Positions 13,816 through 22,840 of a stretch of 49,372 nt of DNA are shown here, in pieces. A model generated the notes under the pieces. It saw only the letters and a list, made by a program, of their open reading frames with translations, was not told the DNA's origin and ran no database searches. The stretch comes from Octopus bimaculoides (Eukaryota), in NCBI RefSeq assembly GCF_001194135.2, contig NC_068981.1, forward strand, positions 58,676,251 to 58,725,622, in the 5' to 3' direction. A program made the translations under genes and the position numbers. Every line of letters begins with the position of its first letter. Within the stretch, counting starts at the first letter, position 1.

Positions 13816-16800
13816 GCGTATAAGAAGGGATGACCGCTAAGTGGACATCCGATATGCTAGAAAGAGGTCATCAATGACCCAACCACAAACAAAAATAATG
13901 TCTTCCAGAAAAAATTCAGCAAACATTGGTGTTTTTCTTTGTGGTTGGGTCGTTGATGACCTCTTTCTAGCATATCAGATGTCCNNNNNNNNNNNNNNNN
14001 NNNNNNNNNNNNNNNNNNNNNNNNNNNNNNNNNNNNNNNNNNNNNNNNNNNNNNNNNNNNNNNNNNNNNNNNNNNNNNNNNNNNNNNNNNNNNNNNNNNN
14101 NNNNNNNNNNNNNNNNNNNNNNNNNNNNNNNNNNNNNNNNNNNNNNNNNNNNNNNNNNNNNNNNNNNNNNNNNNNNNNNNNNNNNTTATTAATATTTCTA
14201 AGTCTCTCTAAAGGAGACTACGGCAGCGGTACTGGAAATTAATAGTTATCGCCAAGCCAACATGGCAGTCCCAAAATTAGGACGAAAGCTGCCGTGAATT
14301 AGCTCCAAGAAGCCATCGCCTCTAGCTAGCTATGTGACACATATATATACACACAAGCTTAAAAGCTATCCGATAGGGCAGCTTTTAAGCTACTGATCCT
14401 GAATGGGAAGATCTGCAAACAGATCTCTTGACTTGTTTTGGAGAATTTGTTGCAATTGCTTCCTCCAGAGTCATATTCCAATGATGATCATATTTGTCAC
14501 AAAAAATCACGGAAAATAATCACTGGATTTCACAATTAATTTCAATTATTTCCAAAATTTATTTCCAAGGTATAAAAATTGTTATTGTACAAAAAAATTC
14601 ATTTAAAAAAATCACGTAAATAAATGTCAAAAACAATCGCCATAATGAAAACTTGGGAATCCAAAATTTCAGGATTGCGGGTCCAGATCCGGCCCAGAAT
14701 GCTTTTAATTTACTCACGGAGTTGGCCTTTAGATTATAAAAATTGTTATGATACTAAAAAATTCATCACAAAAAAAAAATCACTGAAAACAATCGCAGTA
14801 ATGAAAACTTGGGAATCAAAAATTTCAGGATTGAAGGGCTAAATTTGGCCTGGAATGTTTTTAATTTACTCATGGAGTTGGCCTGATTTCCAAATGGTAT
14901 ATGTTGGGCTACGGCCTCTAGGAGTAAAGTTGAAAAGCGTGACACACTGACATTCACATTCATTATATTAGATATATATATGTATATATATTGTATTTCC
15001 AGAATCTCAGTTTCAATGAGGTGAGTGAGTCTACTTGAGAACTGCATATTGCCAGTTATCCTGGTCCTTTGTCATCTCCTCCACAAAGTTCAAAGTCTTG
15101 AGCTGAATCTTCACCACTTTAATCTCATGCCTTCCTGGACCATCCACATTAAATGAATACCATTTCTTGAAGCAACTATCCTCACTCATATGCATCACAT
15201 GTCCATACCAGCACAGTTTTCATCCTTGTACACTTCATTTGATTCCTCTTATGCAAAGTTTGGCTCTCAACACATTGGCATTTTGTTCATACCTGTCATC
15301 TTGCCTGCTAACAAAGAATAGATTTGCCCCCATAATCATGAAAATCAATCATTTTCTATAAAATTACCTCCCATTTCATTTCATTGTGAATAACAATTGC
15401 TGCTAGGTTTTCGTTTTCTTTCTCCAACTATCAGGCAAGTTTTAATTTATTGAGAATTCTTTGAATATGTGATTTAGTACATTATTACTCCTAATTAGGA
15501 TTATTAATGATTGGAGATATATGCTTACGGACATAACATGATGTTACAAACTAAATATGAATCAATCCAGCAGTTAAGCTCTTCAGCTAACACATAAATT
15601 CCCATTCAGTAACATTTAAGAAAAATTTTAATGATCTTGATTTAAATATACTCACTTGCCATGATGAGGATCTATCTTGCACATTTTTTCGAAGTCCAGT
15701 TTCTAGTAAATATAGAGTACCAGCACCATCTGCTATTACAGCCCAATCTGGAGCAGGGAAGTTTATTGTAACATTGTGACGTCCAGGTATCAAATGGAGA
15801 TTGTTTCGGTTTGGTATTTGGAAAGCTGGATTGACATTAATTAATTTTGGATGTCCACTTTCCTAAAAGAGAAATAATTAAACAGATATATCAGATATTG
15901 AAATTTAGCTCAATTAACTTATTCTATTAATAAAAATCATTGTAAATAACATTCCTAAAGTGAACTGTAGGCTAAGATAGGAAGGCAGGTTTAGTTTGCT
16001 TAAGGTTAGACAATGATGCCCAATTAAGAGATTGATCTTACCTACTTGTAAATCAGTTTGGAATAAGCTGAAGTAAAATGGTGAATTTATTTTGGTGTTT
16101 TTGCCAGTTAAAATTAACTTCCTTTTATTTCTACATATATGAATTAATGAGAATAAAAAGAAAATATATGAAACAAAAAAGATTTAATCAAGTATTTGAA
16201 CATTGTTTCAAAGCAAGTGTGATCTACTTTTGATTTGAAACTTTCATAAACATTAGATGAGCTTTAAACACAAGTATGTCAGTAAAAATCTTAATGGATA
16301 GTCTGGATTCCCCCTTTTACAAGGTTATGATTGCATTTCTTTTCAGTATGCAAAGAGCTCCTAACTCTTTTCTTGTAACATAAAGGTGACAGAGTTGTTG
16401 TAAACATAAGCTATCTAAATTCTTTATATAAAATATATTGTGATATTTGTAACACAGATATCAACAAAGACAGTTACAGGTTCTCTAGACATCACAAAAA
16501 GGGATAAGTATATTTTAGGAAGAAGCTCTAGGACTAGAGGCAGATGTCAATGAACTATATAGTCATATTAAATAAATGAAACTGTTAAAAAAGATTGCAT
16601 TTTCGAGAAAAATATGTAGAAGTACTTACAGTGGTTAGTTCTATGCAGCAAATATTCCATAGTTTATCAACAAAATAAAGAATGTAATGGCCAACATTCA
16701 TAGCCCATTGATCAAAAATTAGGTGATTATGGCAGCCTAAAGCTTTCAAGTGTTGATATGAAAATTGCTTATCAGTGAGAGTGGCAACATCAATTTCTGT

Positions 16801-19501
16801 AAAAATAGGAAGATTTGAGAAAAGACTGAAGAACATCATTACATTTAGGAGAAATTGGTATTGCATAAGATACTCCTCAAATATTTACAATTCTAATACA
16901 AAACATTTTAACATTTGAAGCTATCTTTGATCGGCAGAGATGGATGTGGTTGAAATTGGCAGCTTTTTGTCTTTGTTGCTTGTCCTCTTCCATTGATCTT
17001 TGTAATGCTGTTGAAGGCATCTGTAGGATTTTTCACTACTGCTGAGTGCACTGGAAAGTACCTGGTAGGGAAGCTTGGTGCTACTTATGTAATATGCATG
17101 ATAAGGCCATCTGAATTGAATTTTGATGATAGTGACTTTGATGCATAATAGATTGAAGCTTCTGCTAGTAAAAGTATTTGAATTTCTTGATGTTTGATCA
17201 TATAAGGTTCATATATACTTTATATTGAAGCAATAACATGAATTTGGTTAGTTGTTTAAAGTCAAGTTTCTTTGAAAACTTTTCAACTTGTCCAGACTCT
17301 CCCCACAAAAATAGACCAATGTCACGTGAATCATTGAATAGCAGTAAGCCCATGACAATGCTTTGCCAGAACATATATGAGGAGGTGCAATTGTTGGTTA
17401 CCAACTTCAAAAATGCATATGATCACCATAATATCTAGAAAACTGAAGAACTTGCACAACTTGTTCCAAGTAAGGAAATACTATGAAAGTTACCATTTTG
17501 TCTTGACACATTTCCCTTGTACTTTAAGGTCAGTGTTGCATCTCTCCAATCCAATGGAACAGAGAACCATTTTGCATGTTAACAATTAGTGCGGTCATAA
17601 GATCAGTTACTACATTCTCACCATGCTTAATAATATCAGTAACATGCAACGTGCATTCCTGGGTTTTTCCTTTTCTAAGTTGATCTGTTTAATGGTAATT
17701 TTGACTTCCTCTGGGTTAGGGTCATTACTCATTTTTTTCAAAACATATTGATGTGGCAGGTCTTCTATAACATTCTCATTTATTGTGGATGAACTGCGAA
17801 CAAAATCTGCAAAATGTTCTGTCTACCACCTCAGAATCCCTTCATTAGCATTAATTGATAGGCACGGAACAAATATCTGTTTTAACAAGTTGTACATTTC
17901 TTTGGAATGCTTTTTGTTAAAGACCAATTAATATCTGTGGATATGTTAACTACCATTTGCTCTTCACTGTCCCCAATTTTCTATGCAGGACTGATTTATG
18001 GCACTTCAACCTCTGACTTTAAACACACACACACATACAGTCCTCCTCCTCCTCATTTTCTTTTCCATGTCTTGGGGCGGGCAGGTTGTCATGGTCAGAG
18101 CCAGTTCTTATTCCATGTTATTGCTCCCCTAGTCAGGTCAAGGATGTCTTTCGTCTTTCTCATACATTCTATTTGCACATGATTTCTAGAGTTAGGTGCC
18201 CTTCCTGTCACCAACCTCATTAGAGTGTATAAGGTGTATAGTTATGTTGTTCTAACATTAATGAGGATAGACTCAAGTCTTGTAAGGGAAACTGATCAGA
18301 CAATTTGTGTTGAAGTCTGTCGGGTGGATTAACTTTATGGGTATAACGAGATACCTCTTGAAATCACCTAAGAAGACACATCTACACCGAGGAATACATC
18401 AAAACCAGTTGTATAGTATCCCACCAACGAGGGTCGATATTAGATGGGCCAAAAGAATTGTAGTGACCAATAAAGATTCTAGTGCCTTCCATCTTCCGTC
18501 TCTCTCTTTAATCACACACACACGATCATAGGTCTGCTCGATTGAGGCTAAACAACTAGATATCAAGGGTCCTAGTTGTGTCATCAGAAAGTTGATAAAA
18601 TTTATAAAATAAGAAAAATTCGTCTGCTGTTTAGCTCCAAGTCAGCCCTGACATGATTAAAGACGTTACAGCTATGACTATGCCGCATTTGTTTTTCTTC
18701 ACAGGCAGTGTACATCTAGGATCACATCGTTCAATGTGTCCTTCTCCTTTTAAGAGAGATATAGCTGCCATTTCCCATACGTTGTGCGACTCCGCAAATG
18801 CTTCTTAGAGAGGTTTTCTCATAGGTTCGTCTGCCCTGTCGTGATAAATGACGAGTTCTGGTGTTTCGGACAAGATCACTCATTGAAGATGGCTGTGAAT
18901 GGGACAACTTCGTCGTAGAATTTCTTTGGTAATACTCCCCACCCTAACACTTATCAAGTTATCTAAGATTAAAGCTATTGTTGTTAATATATATTAATTC
19001 GCACCTTTCTTCCCTTAATTTTAAAATACTTATATCAATGACCAAAACAATGAAACAAATTACGGGGATTCCATACATTGCCATATTTTTGCATTTCACT
19101 TCTTTACCACGCGTCATTAGTATACTACATTGTTAAATCGAAAGTGTTTGGATATGTAAACAGATGAAAAAATACTCCACTTGCAACGAAGTTGATTAAC
19201 CATTCGAAGTTATTGCGATCCTTTTGGTGACAGCAACGGAGTAAATAATCATCTTCGAACGAATATATAAACGTTTAGATGAATGAATTGGAAGCAAAGA
19301 ACATAAACAGAATTAAGGCGTATTTGTTTGTGGAATGGTTTTTACTTATCTTTGGAAGAAGTAACGATTTTTTTTTTTACCTGTTTCCAAGTTAATTTTA
19401 TATGTTGGTAAAGGCTCCAGAGATAATTTGTAACCGTCAAAGTTTGGATTTAGCAAATCAGATTGCACTTTTAGCTCATCAGCATCCGTAGTAAGCGCCA
19501 T
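3760..19501 (-). CDS. NUDCD1: NudC domain-containing protein 1, complete 9-exon CDS (1815 nt, 604 aa)
   Basis: Manual splicing: 19501-19381, 16796-16630, 15862-15656, 13390-13195, 10857-10669, 7810-7606, 6313-6172, 5146-5021, 4221-3760. All introns are GT-AG with consistent phases and no stops. Peptides match NUDCD1 as I recall it: N-terminal LLNPNFDGYKLSLEPLPTY, DGAGTLYLLETG, CS/p23 domain YTWMQNAESITV...STW, C-terminal CLRHDVDGLVWQ, HVATFNAFGYVQASK, AKQQVLSL. Confidence 0.96.
4540..4920 (+). mobile_element. Degenerate RTE-like LINE 3' fragment in NUDCD1 intron 8
   Basis: Residual similarity to 21020-21435 (RNE..MLYWM, GHAM.., EGACG). Confidence 0.5.
5021..5146 (-). CDS. NUDCD1: NUDCD1 exon 8 (NPDPDKHNKPFNSQQLEDCD...EITHQ)
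   Basis: tctctgtAG acceptor, GTAACT donor; 126 nt. Confidence 0.92.
5815..5966 (+). mobile_element. SINE/LINE-tail family A copy, ends in (GAT)n
   Basis: ggttggcgttaggaagggcatccagctgtagaa...catgctagcttggaaagcggacgttaaacgatgatgat; about 10 related copies in the window. Confidence 0.85.
6172..6313 (-). CDS. NUDCD1: NUDCD1 exon 7 (LEVYLSKRDGSMWSLVV...RLSHLTSEQW)
   Basis: Not in the ORF track; ttgtAG acceptor, GTCAGT donor; 142 nt. Confidence 0.92.
7380..7587 (-). mobile_element. tRNA-derived SINE family B, 5' part
   Basis: Matches the head of the 40892-41275 copy (accttgggcaagtgtcttc...ctatag) and runs into a (TG)n core. Confidence 0.7.
7606..7810 (-). CDS. NUDCD1: NUDCD1 exon 6 (CS/p23-like domain: PEYTWMQNAESITVHFLLPEG...STWTLNDN)
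   Basis: tttttacttacAG acceptor, GTAGGA donor; 205 nt. Confidence 0.93.
7855..9095 (+). mobile_element. Tc1/mariner transposon, DD37D (maT) type, full length but decayed
   Basis: 26-bp TIRs cagggtgcgtaaggtatttgaggaca (7855-7880) and tgtcctcaaatatcctgtgcaccctt (9070-9095); TA on the left. Transposase pseudo-ORF about 7939-8974 with WFFSNKKNF (first D lost), FQ*DSA, SPDLNPLDYYMW and GGFIE*; 37 residues between the 2nd and 3rd catalytic D. Confidence 0.9.
9580..9835 (-). mobile_element. SINE family C copy (tRNA head plus gtgttcttgagcaa.acact core)
   Basis: Homologous to 30912-31237. Confidence 0.7.
9830..9954 (-). mobile_element. SINE family B head fragment, cut by a gap
   Basis: gacacttacccaaggtgctgcacag...gaacc.atggttggg. 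Confidence 0.65.
10040..10310 (+). mobile_element. SINE/LINE-tail family A copy with about 1.5 internal ~65-bp units
   Basis: Same 3' tail as 5815-5966; ends in (GAT)n then (TA)n. Confidence 0.85.
10669..10857 (-). CDS. NUDCD1: NUDCD1 exon 5 (DDKQIWSVKQTRRLRSSRS...KDDC)
   Basis: ttcttcctcAG acceptor, GTAAGT donor; 189 nt, phase 1/1. Confidence 0.9.
11158..11312 (+). mobile_element. SINE family B head
   Basis: gggttgagtcc...gcaagtgtactctactatagc...ccttgtgagt...atggaaactg followed by (TA)n. Confidence 0.65.
11391..12840 (-). mobile_element. Putative non-autonomous Helitron (3' terminus clear, body and 5' end tentative)
   Basis: Minus strand ends ...cccgagcaaggctggg-tatctctc-CTAG|T: a hairpin (11403-11418) 8 nt before CTAG, followed by T. 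The AT-rich body to about 12840 is interrupted by a SINE. Confidence 0.5.
11440..11710 (-). mobile_element. SINE family B copy inserted just inside the Helitron-like terminus
   Basis: Reverse complement of the 40892-41275 copy (tttacttgtttcagtcat.tgactgcggccatgctggagcacc). Confidence 0.8.
12845..12950. repeat. Compound microsatellite (TA)n(GA)n
   Basis: Directly visible. Confidence 0.95.
12952..13180 (+). mobile_element. SINE family B 3' half, ending about 15 nt from the NUDCD1 exon 4 donor
   Basis: gcttgacaa...gtaacttag..g.tcagcaaaagag...gatagaataagtac...gactgaaacaagtaaaagat. Confidence 0.8.
13195..13390 (-). CDS. NUDCD1: NUDCD1 exon 4 (LRFTKSDVLGEN...FMTVLEWLTLSS)
   Basis: Not in the ORF track; read by hand. 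ccatAG acceptor, GTAAAT donor; 196 nt; phases fit both neighbours. Confidence 0.9.
13843..13984. repeat. Inverted repeat / fold-back, 47-bp arms (13843-13889 and 13938-13984)
   Basis: Arms are reverse complements with 2 mismatches; the right arm runs into the N gap. Confidence 0.9.
13985..14185. other. Assembly gap (201 N); other gaps at 9955-9990, 22437-22536, 37170-37788, 38935-39253, 40363-40891
   Basis: Runs of N; ORF-track entries spanning them are artefacts. Confidence 1.
14571..14886. repeat. Tandem duplication of a ~160-bp unit (2 copies)
   Basis: tataaaaattgttat...aaaacaatcgc..taatgaaaacttgggaatc.aaaatttcaggattg...ggagttggcct at 14571 and 14735. Confidence 0.85.
15030..15330 (-). 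mobile_element. RTE-like LINE 3' fragment
   Basis: Reverse complement resembles 21020-21435 (WYGHVM.., GPGRHE..). Confidence 0.55.
15656..15862 (-). CDS. NUDCD1: NUDCD1 exon 3 (ESGHPKL...DWAVIADGAGTLYLLETG...SWQ)
   Basis: ctcttttAG acceptor, GTGAGT donor; 207 nt, phase 0/0. Confidence 0.93.
16630..16796 (-). CDS. NUDCD1: NUDCD1 exon 2 (EIDVATLTDKQFSYQHLKALGCHNHL...IELTT)
   Basis: tttttacAG acceptor, GTAAGT donor; 167 nt. Confidence 0.92.
17150..17900 (-). mobile_element. Degenerate RTE (BovB-like) LINE, EN-RT linker and RT start
   Basis: EGILRW*TEHF..SSTINENVIEDLP..EEVKITIKQ, then frameshifted PLDWRDATL and GNFHSISLL. Confidence 0.6.
19381..19501 (-). CDS. NUDCD1: NUDCD1 coding exon 1 (MALTTDADELKVQSDLLNPNFDGYKLSLEPLPTYKINLET)
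   Basis: ATG at 19501 in gcaATGG context; donor G|GTAAAA; phase 1. Confidence 0.93.
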
Positions 19502-19786
19502 TGCAATAATAAACTGGAGAAAGGAAATGATTCACGTAAAGTGTTACGGTGTTTACTTGAAATATTTCCTTTTCTACAATTTCAAGCGAAGTACATGATA
19601 GTTGTCTCCCTTGTAATTCATTCACTTAAACTAACCAAAGTGTATGAATTATCTGAAACGCCTCTCTCCTGTAAAAATTTAACTCTAATCTGCACCATCT
19701 AAAATGTATCGCCGGAAAATTTCATTTTCCTATTAATTGCACAGGGAAGGAGAACATATCTATTGTTAAGCTGTTTATATTTGGTA

Positions 19787-20131
19787 ATCATCATCGTTTA
19801 ACGTCCGCTTTCCATGCTAGCATGGATTTGACTGAGGACTGGCGAACCAGATGGCCGCACCAGGCTCCAGTCTGATTTGGCAGAGTTTCTACAGCTGGAT
19901 GCCCTTCCTAACGCCAACCACTCTGAGAGTGTAGTGGGTGCTTTTACGTGTCACCAGCACGAAGGCCAGTCAGGCGGTACTGGCAACGGCCACGCTCAAA
20001 TGGTGTTTTTTATGTGCCACCTGCACAGGAGCCAGTCCAGCGGCACCGGTAACGACCTCGCTCGAATGTTTTTTCACGAGCCATCGGCACAAGTGCCAGT
20101 AAGGCGACGCTGATAACGATCACGCTCAAAT
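19787..20131 (-). mobile_element. SINE/LINE-tail family A copy with about 2.7 tandem ~65-bp units, about 290 bp upstream of the NUDCD1 ATG
   Basis: (ATC)n tail at 19787; unit starts at 19957, 20023, 20087. Confidence 0.85.
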
Positions 20132-20150
20132 AACAATATTCAACAAATAT

Positions 20151-20366
20151 AAGGCAGTGAGTTGGCAGAAACGTTAGCATGCCAGGTGAAATGCTTCGCG
20201 GTATTTCGTCTATCTTTACGTTCTGAGTTCAAATTTCTCTGAGGTCGACTTTGCCTTTCATCCTTCCAGGGTTCATAAATTAAGTATCAGTTGCGTACTG
20301 GGGTCGATCTAATTGACCAGCTCCCTCCCTAAAAATGTTGGGCCTTGTGCCTAGAGTAGAACAGAT
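20151..20366 (+). mobile_element. tRNA-derived SINE family D with a 14-bp target-site duplication
   Basis: tattcaacaaatat at 20137-20150 and 20367-20380; B-box-like gagttcaaatt; body gaggtcgactttgcctttcatcc. Confidence 0.85.
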
Positions 20367-20679
20367 TATTCAACAAATATGAAAGGATGCTGGAATTAAC
20401 ATAATTTGGCTGCTGCAGAATTAAATTTATGAACATCAGAGAAATGTTTATACTTATATGTCTGTAGAAAGAAGCATTGCAAATAGGTGGGAACCTTTTT
20501 ATTTGCATAAGAAGTATAGACAGAGATGTTAAAAAATGCTATAAGGCAGTGTGAGATGACTACATCATAGCAAATAAAAATTAGTTTTGTGATTGCAGTG
20601 CATGGCAGAAATCTTCAATAATAATAGAATTTCAAAAAGCAAAATATATTAAAATTGGAATTTATAAGACTTTTCTAGA

Positions 20680-21020
20680 CAGTGTAGACTGTAATAATAG
20701 CTTTCTTTTATTAAGAATTATGTATTCCAAACTAATTAATAAACAGCTTTCTTTATTATATTATAGATGTAGACTTTAATAAGCAGCATTCTTTATTACA
20801 TAAAGGATGTAGACTTTAATAAGTAGCTTTTTTTATTATATTATAGATGTAGACTTTAATAATTGCATTTGTCAAGTAAAAGTTAAATACTCTAAACAAA
20901 TTAATAAGCAACTTTCTTCATTATAGTATAGATGTAGATGTTAATAATTGCTTTCTTTTAGTAAAAGTTGCATACTTCAAACTAGTAAATTAGCAGCTTT
21001 CTTTATTATAGTATAGCTGC
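20680..21020. repeat. AT-rich minisatellite, 40-bp unit
   Basis: cagctttctttattatattatagatgtagactttaataag near-perfect at 20744, 20784, 20824, with degenerate flanking copies. Confidence 0.85.
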
Positions 21021-21750
21021 ATGCATACAAACAACAATTCTATGTGGTAGTGAGACATGGTCCCTGAATGCAGAGGACATGTGAAAACTAAAAAGGAATG
21101 AGGCTAGTATGCTCTACTGGATGAGTAATGTAAGTGCACATGTGCAACAGAGTGTTAGTCTATTGAGAGAGAAATTAGCCATTAGAGGAATTAGATGCAA
21201 TGTGCAAGAGTGAAAACTGTGCTGGTTTGGTCATGTAATGTGGATGGATGCTGACAGCTCCATATAGAAGTACTCTTCATTCAAAGTAGATGGAACTTGT
21301 GGAAGAGGGAAACCCAGGAAGACATGAGATGAAGTACTGAAAGATGACCTCAGAACACTGAACCTTTCAAATGAGATGACAAACTACCGAGATACCTGGT
21401 GCCTTGCTGTACTCAAGGAGACCCATCCTCCACAGCAGAAGTGTTAAGGCTGCATGCCCTTGTTAGTGAAGTAGATTGTCCTGCAAGAGTCCTGCTGGTG
21501 CCACATGAAAATTACCTGTGCCTGTCCTATGTAAAAAGCACTTGTGCTGCTGCCATTTAAAAGCGCTTGTGCCAGTGCCACATTAAAAGCACTCAGCACA
21601 CAGTGTAAAGTGGTTGGCATTAGGAAGTACATTCACCATTAAAACCAAACCAAATTAAACTGGAACCTGGTGCAGCTCTCTGGTCAAACCATGCTAGCAT
21701 GGAAAGCAGATGTTCAAGGATGATGACAACAATGATGATGATGATGATGT
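21020..21750 (+). mobile_element. 5'-truncated RTE-like LINE with 3' UTR and (GAT)n tail
   Basis: GSETWSLNAEDM*KLKRNEASMLYWM...WFGHV...GRGKPRKT, continuing into the family A tail (ggttggcattaggaag...catgctagcatggaaagc...gatgatgat). Confidence 0.85.
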
Positions 21751-21890
21751 TTCACTACAACACTTGAAAATTTTAAAGAGAAATTTTTAAAGATTTATTA
21801 AATGAAAACTGTTTCAAATGGGACATAAATTTCAATAACATAATTATCTGTTTATAAATATAAGAGTAAAATATGAATAAAAGAGAAATA

Positions 21891-22713
21891 CCGTAAATTC
21901 TGGGCTATAAGCCGCTACTTTTTTCCCACACTTTGAACATTGCGGCCAATACTATGGTGCGGCTAATGCATGTTTTTTTTGTCATACCATGAAAAACATT
22001 TTGCCTCGCAACAGTAGACCAATCAAATTGATGAGTAGGTAACAGAAGTCCAATGAAATTGTGCTATAAATTAAGAGCACTTTCACAATTCAATTACCAG
22101 TATTGTAAAGCTGTCATTTGTATTCACCCTCATCAACATGGAAAACACTCAAAGAAAAGCATATGATGCAGCTTTTAAGTTGAAGGCGATCAATCTGGCG
22201 GTTGAAGAAGGAAATCGAGCTGCTGCACATAAACTTGGCATAAATGAATCGATGGTGAGACGGTGGAGATGCCAGCAGGAAGAACTGAGTCAGTGCAAAA
22301 GGACAACGAAAGCTTTCAGAGGTAACCATAGCAGATGGCTTGAACTTGAAAACTTTCTTGAAGTCTGGGTTAACACACGGAGAGCAAGCAGCTGCAGTGT
22401 TTCCACCGTGCAGATCAGACTGAAGGCTAAAACAATNNNNNNNNNNNNNNNNNNNNNNNNNNNNNNNNNNNNNNNNNNNNNNNNNNNNNNNNNNNNNNNN
22501 NNNNNNNNNNNNNNNNNNNNNNNNNNNNNNNNNNNNTAAAAGTTAAAAAATCCTCACGTGTAATATCTTTCTGTGTAAATATCTCAAATTACAATGTTGG
22601 ACACCTGCGGCTTAAAACCCAGTGCGGCCTGTACAAGTACAAAATTGATTTTCTTTCTAAAATTAGAGCATGCGGCTTTTATTCAGGTGCACTCTATAGT
22701 CTGGAATTTACGT
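21891..22713 (+). mobile_element. pogo/Tigger-like DNA transposon with an N-terminal transposase ORF (22138-22436, runs into a gap)
   Basis: TA|ccgtaaattctgggctata ... tatagtctggaatttacgt|TA imperfect TIRs with TA TSD; ORF RKAYDAAFKLKAI..GNRAAA.KLGINESMVRRWR (Brinker-like HTH), then the start of a CENP-B/Tc5-type HTH. Confidence 0.88.
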
Positions 22714-22840
22714 TAATAAATGATATGTGTGGTGACTATTGGTTGAAAAAGATTAGGTTATTATGTCCCTATTGCAAAAAATTCTCAAGGTCATTAAAAT
22801 AATGTCTTGGCTCAATCTAGGGAAAGGAGTGTGTCTCCTA

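Noticed and set aside
14212-14300. gtccc-aaaatta-ggac-GAAA flanked by acggcagc/gctgccgt, superficially like a hammerhead ribozyme
   Set aside because: There is no CUGAUGA core before stem II and no UH cleavage triplet after the stem III strand.
18760-18930. Possible intronic snoRNA in NUDCD1 intron 1
   Set aside because: No convincing C/D (RUGAUGA...CUGA) or H/ACA box arrangement on the gene strand.
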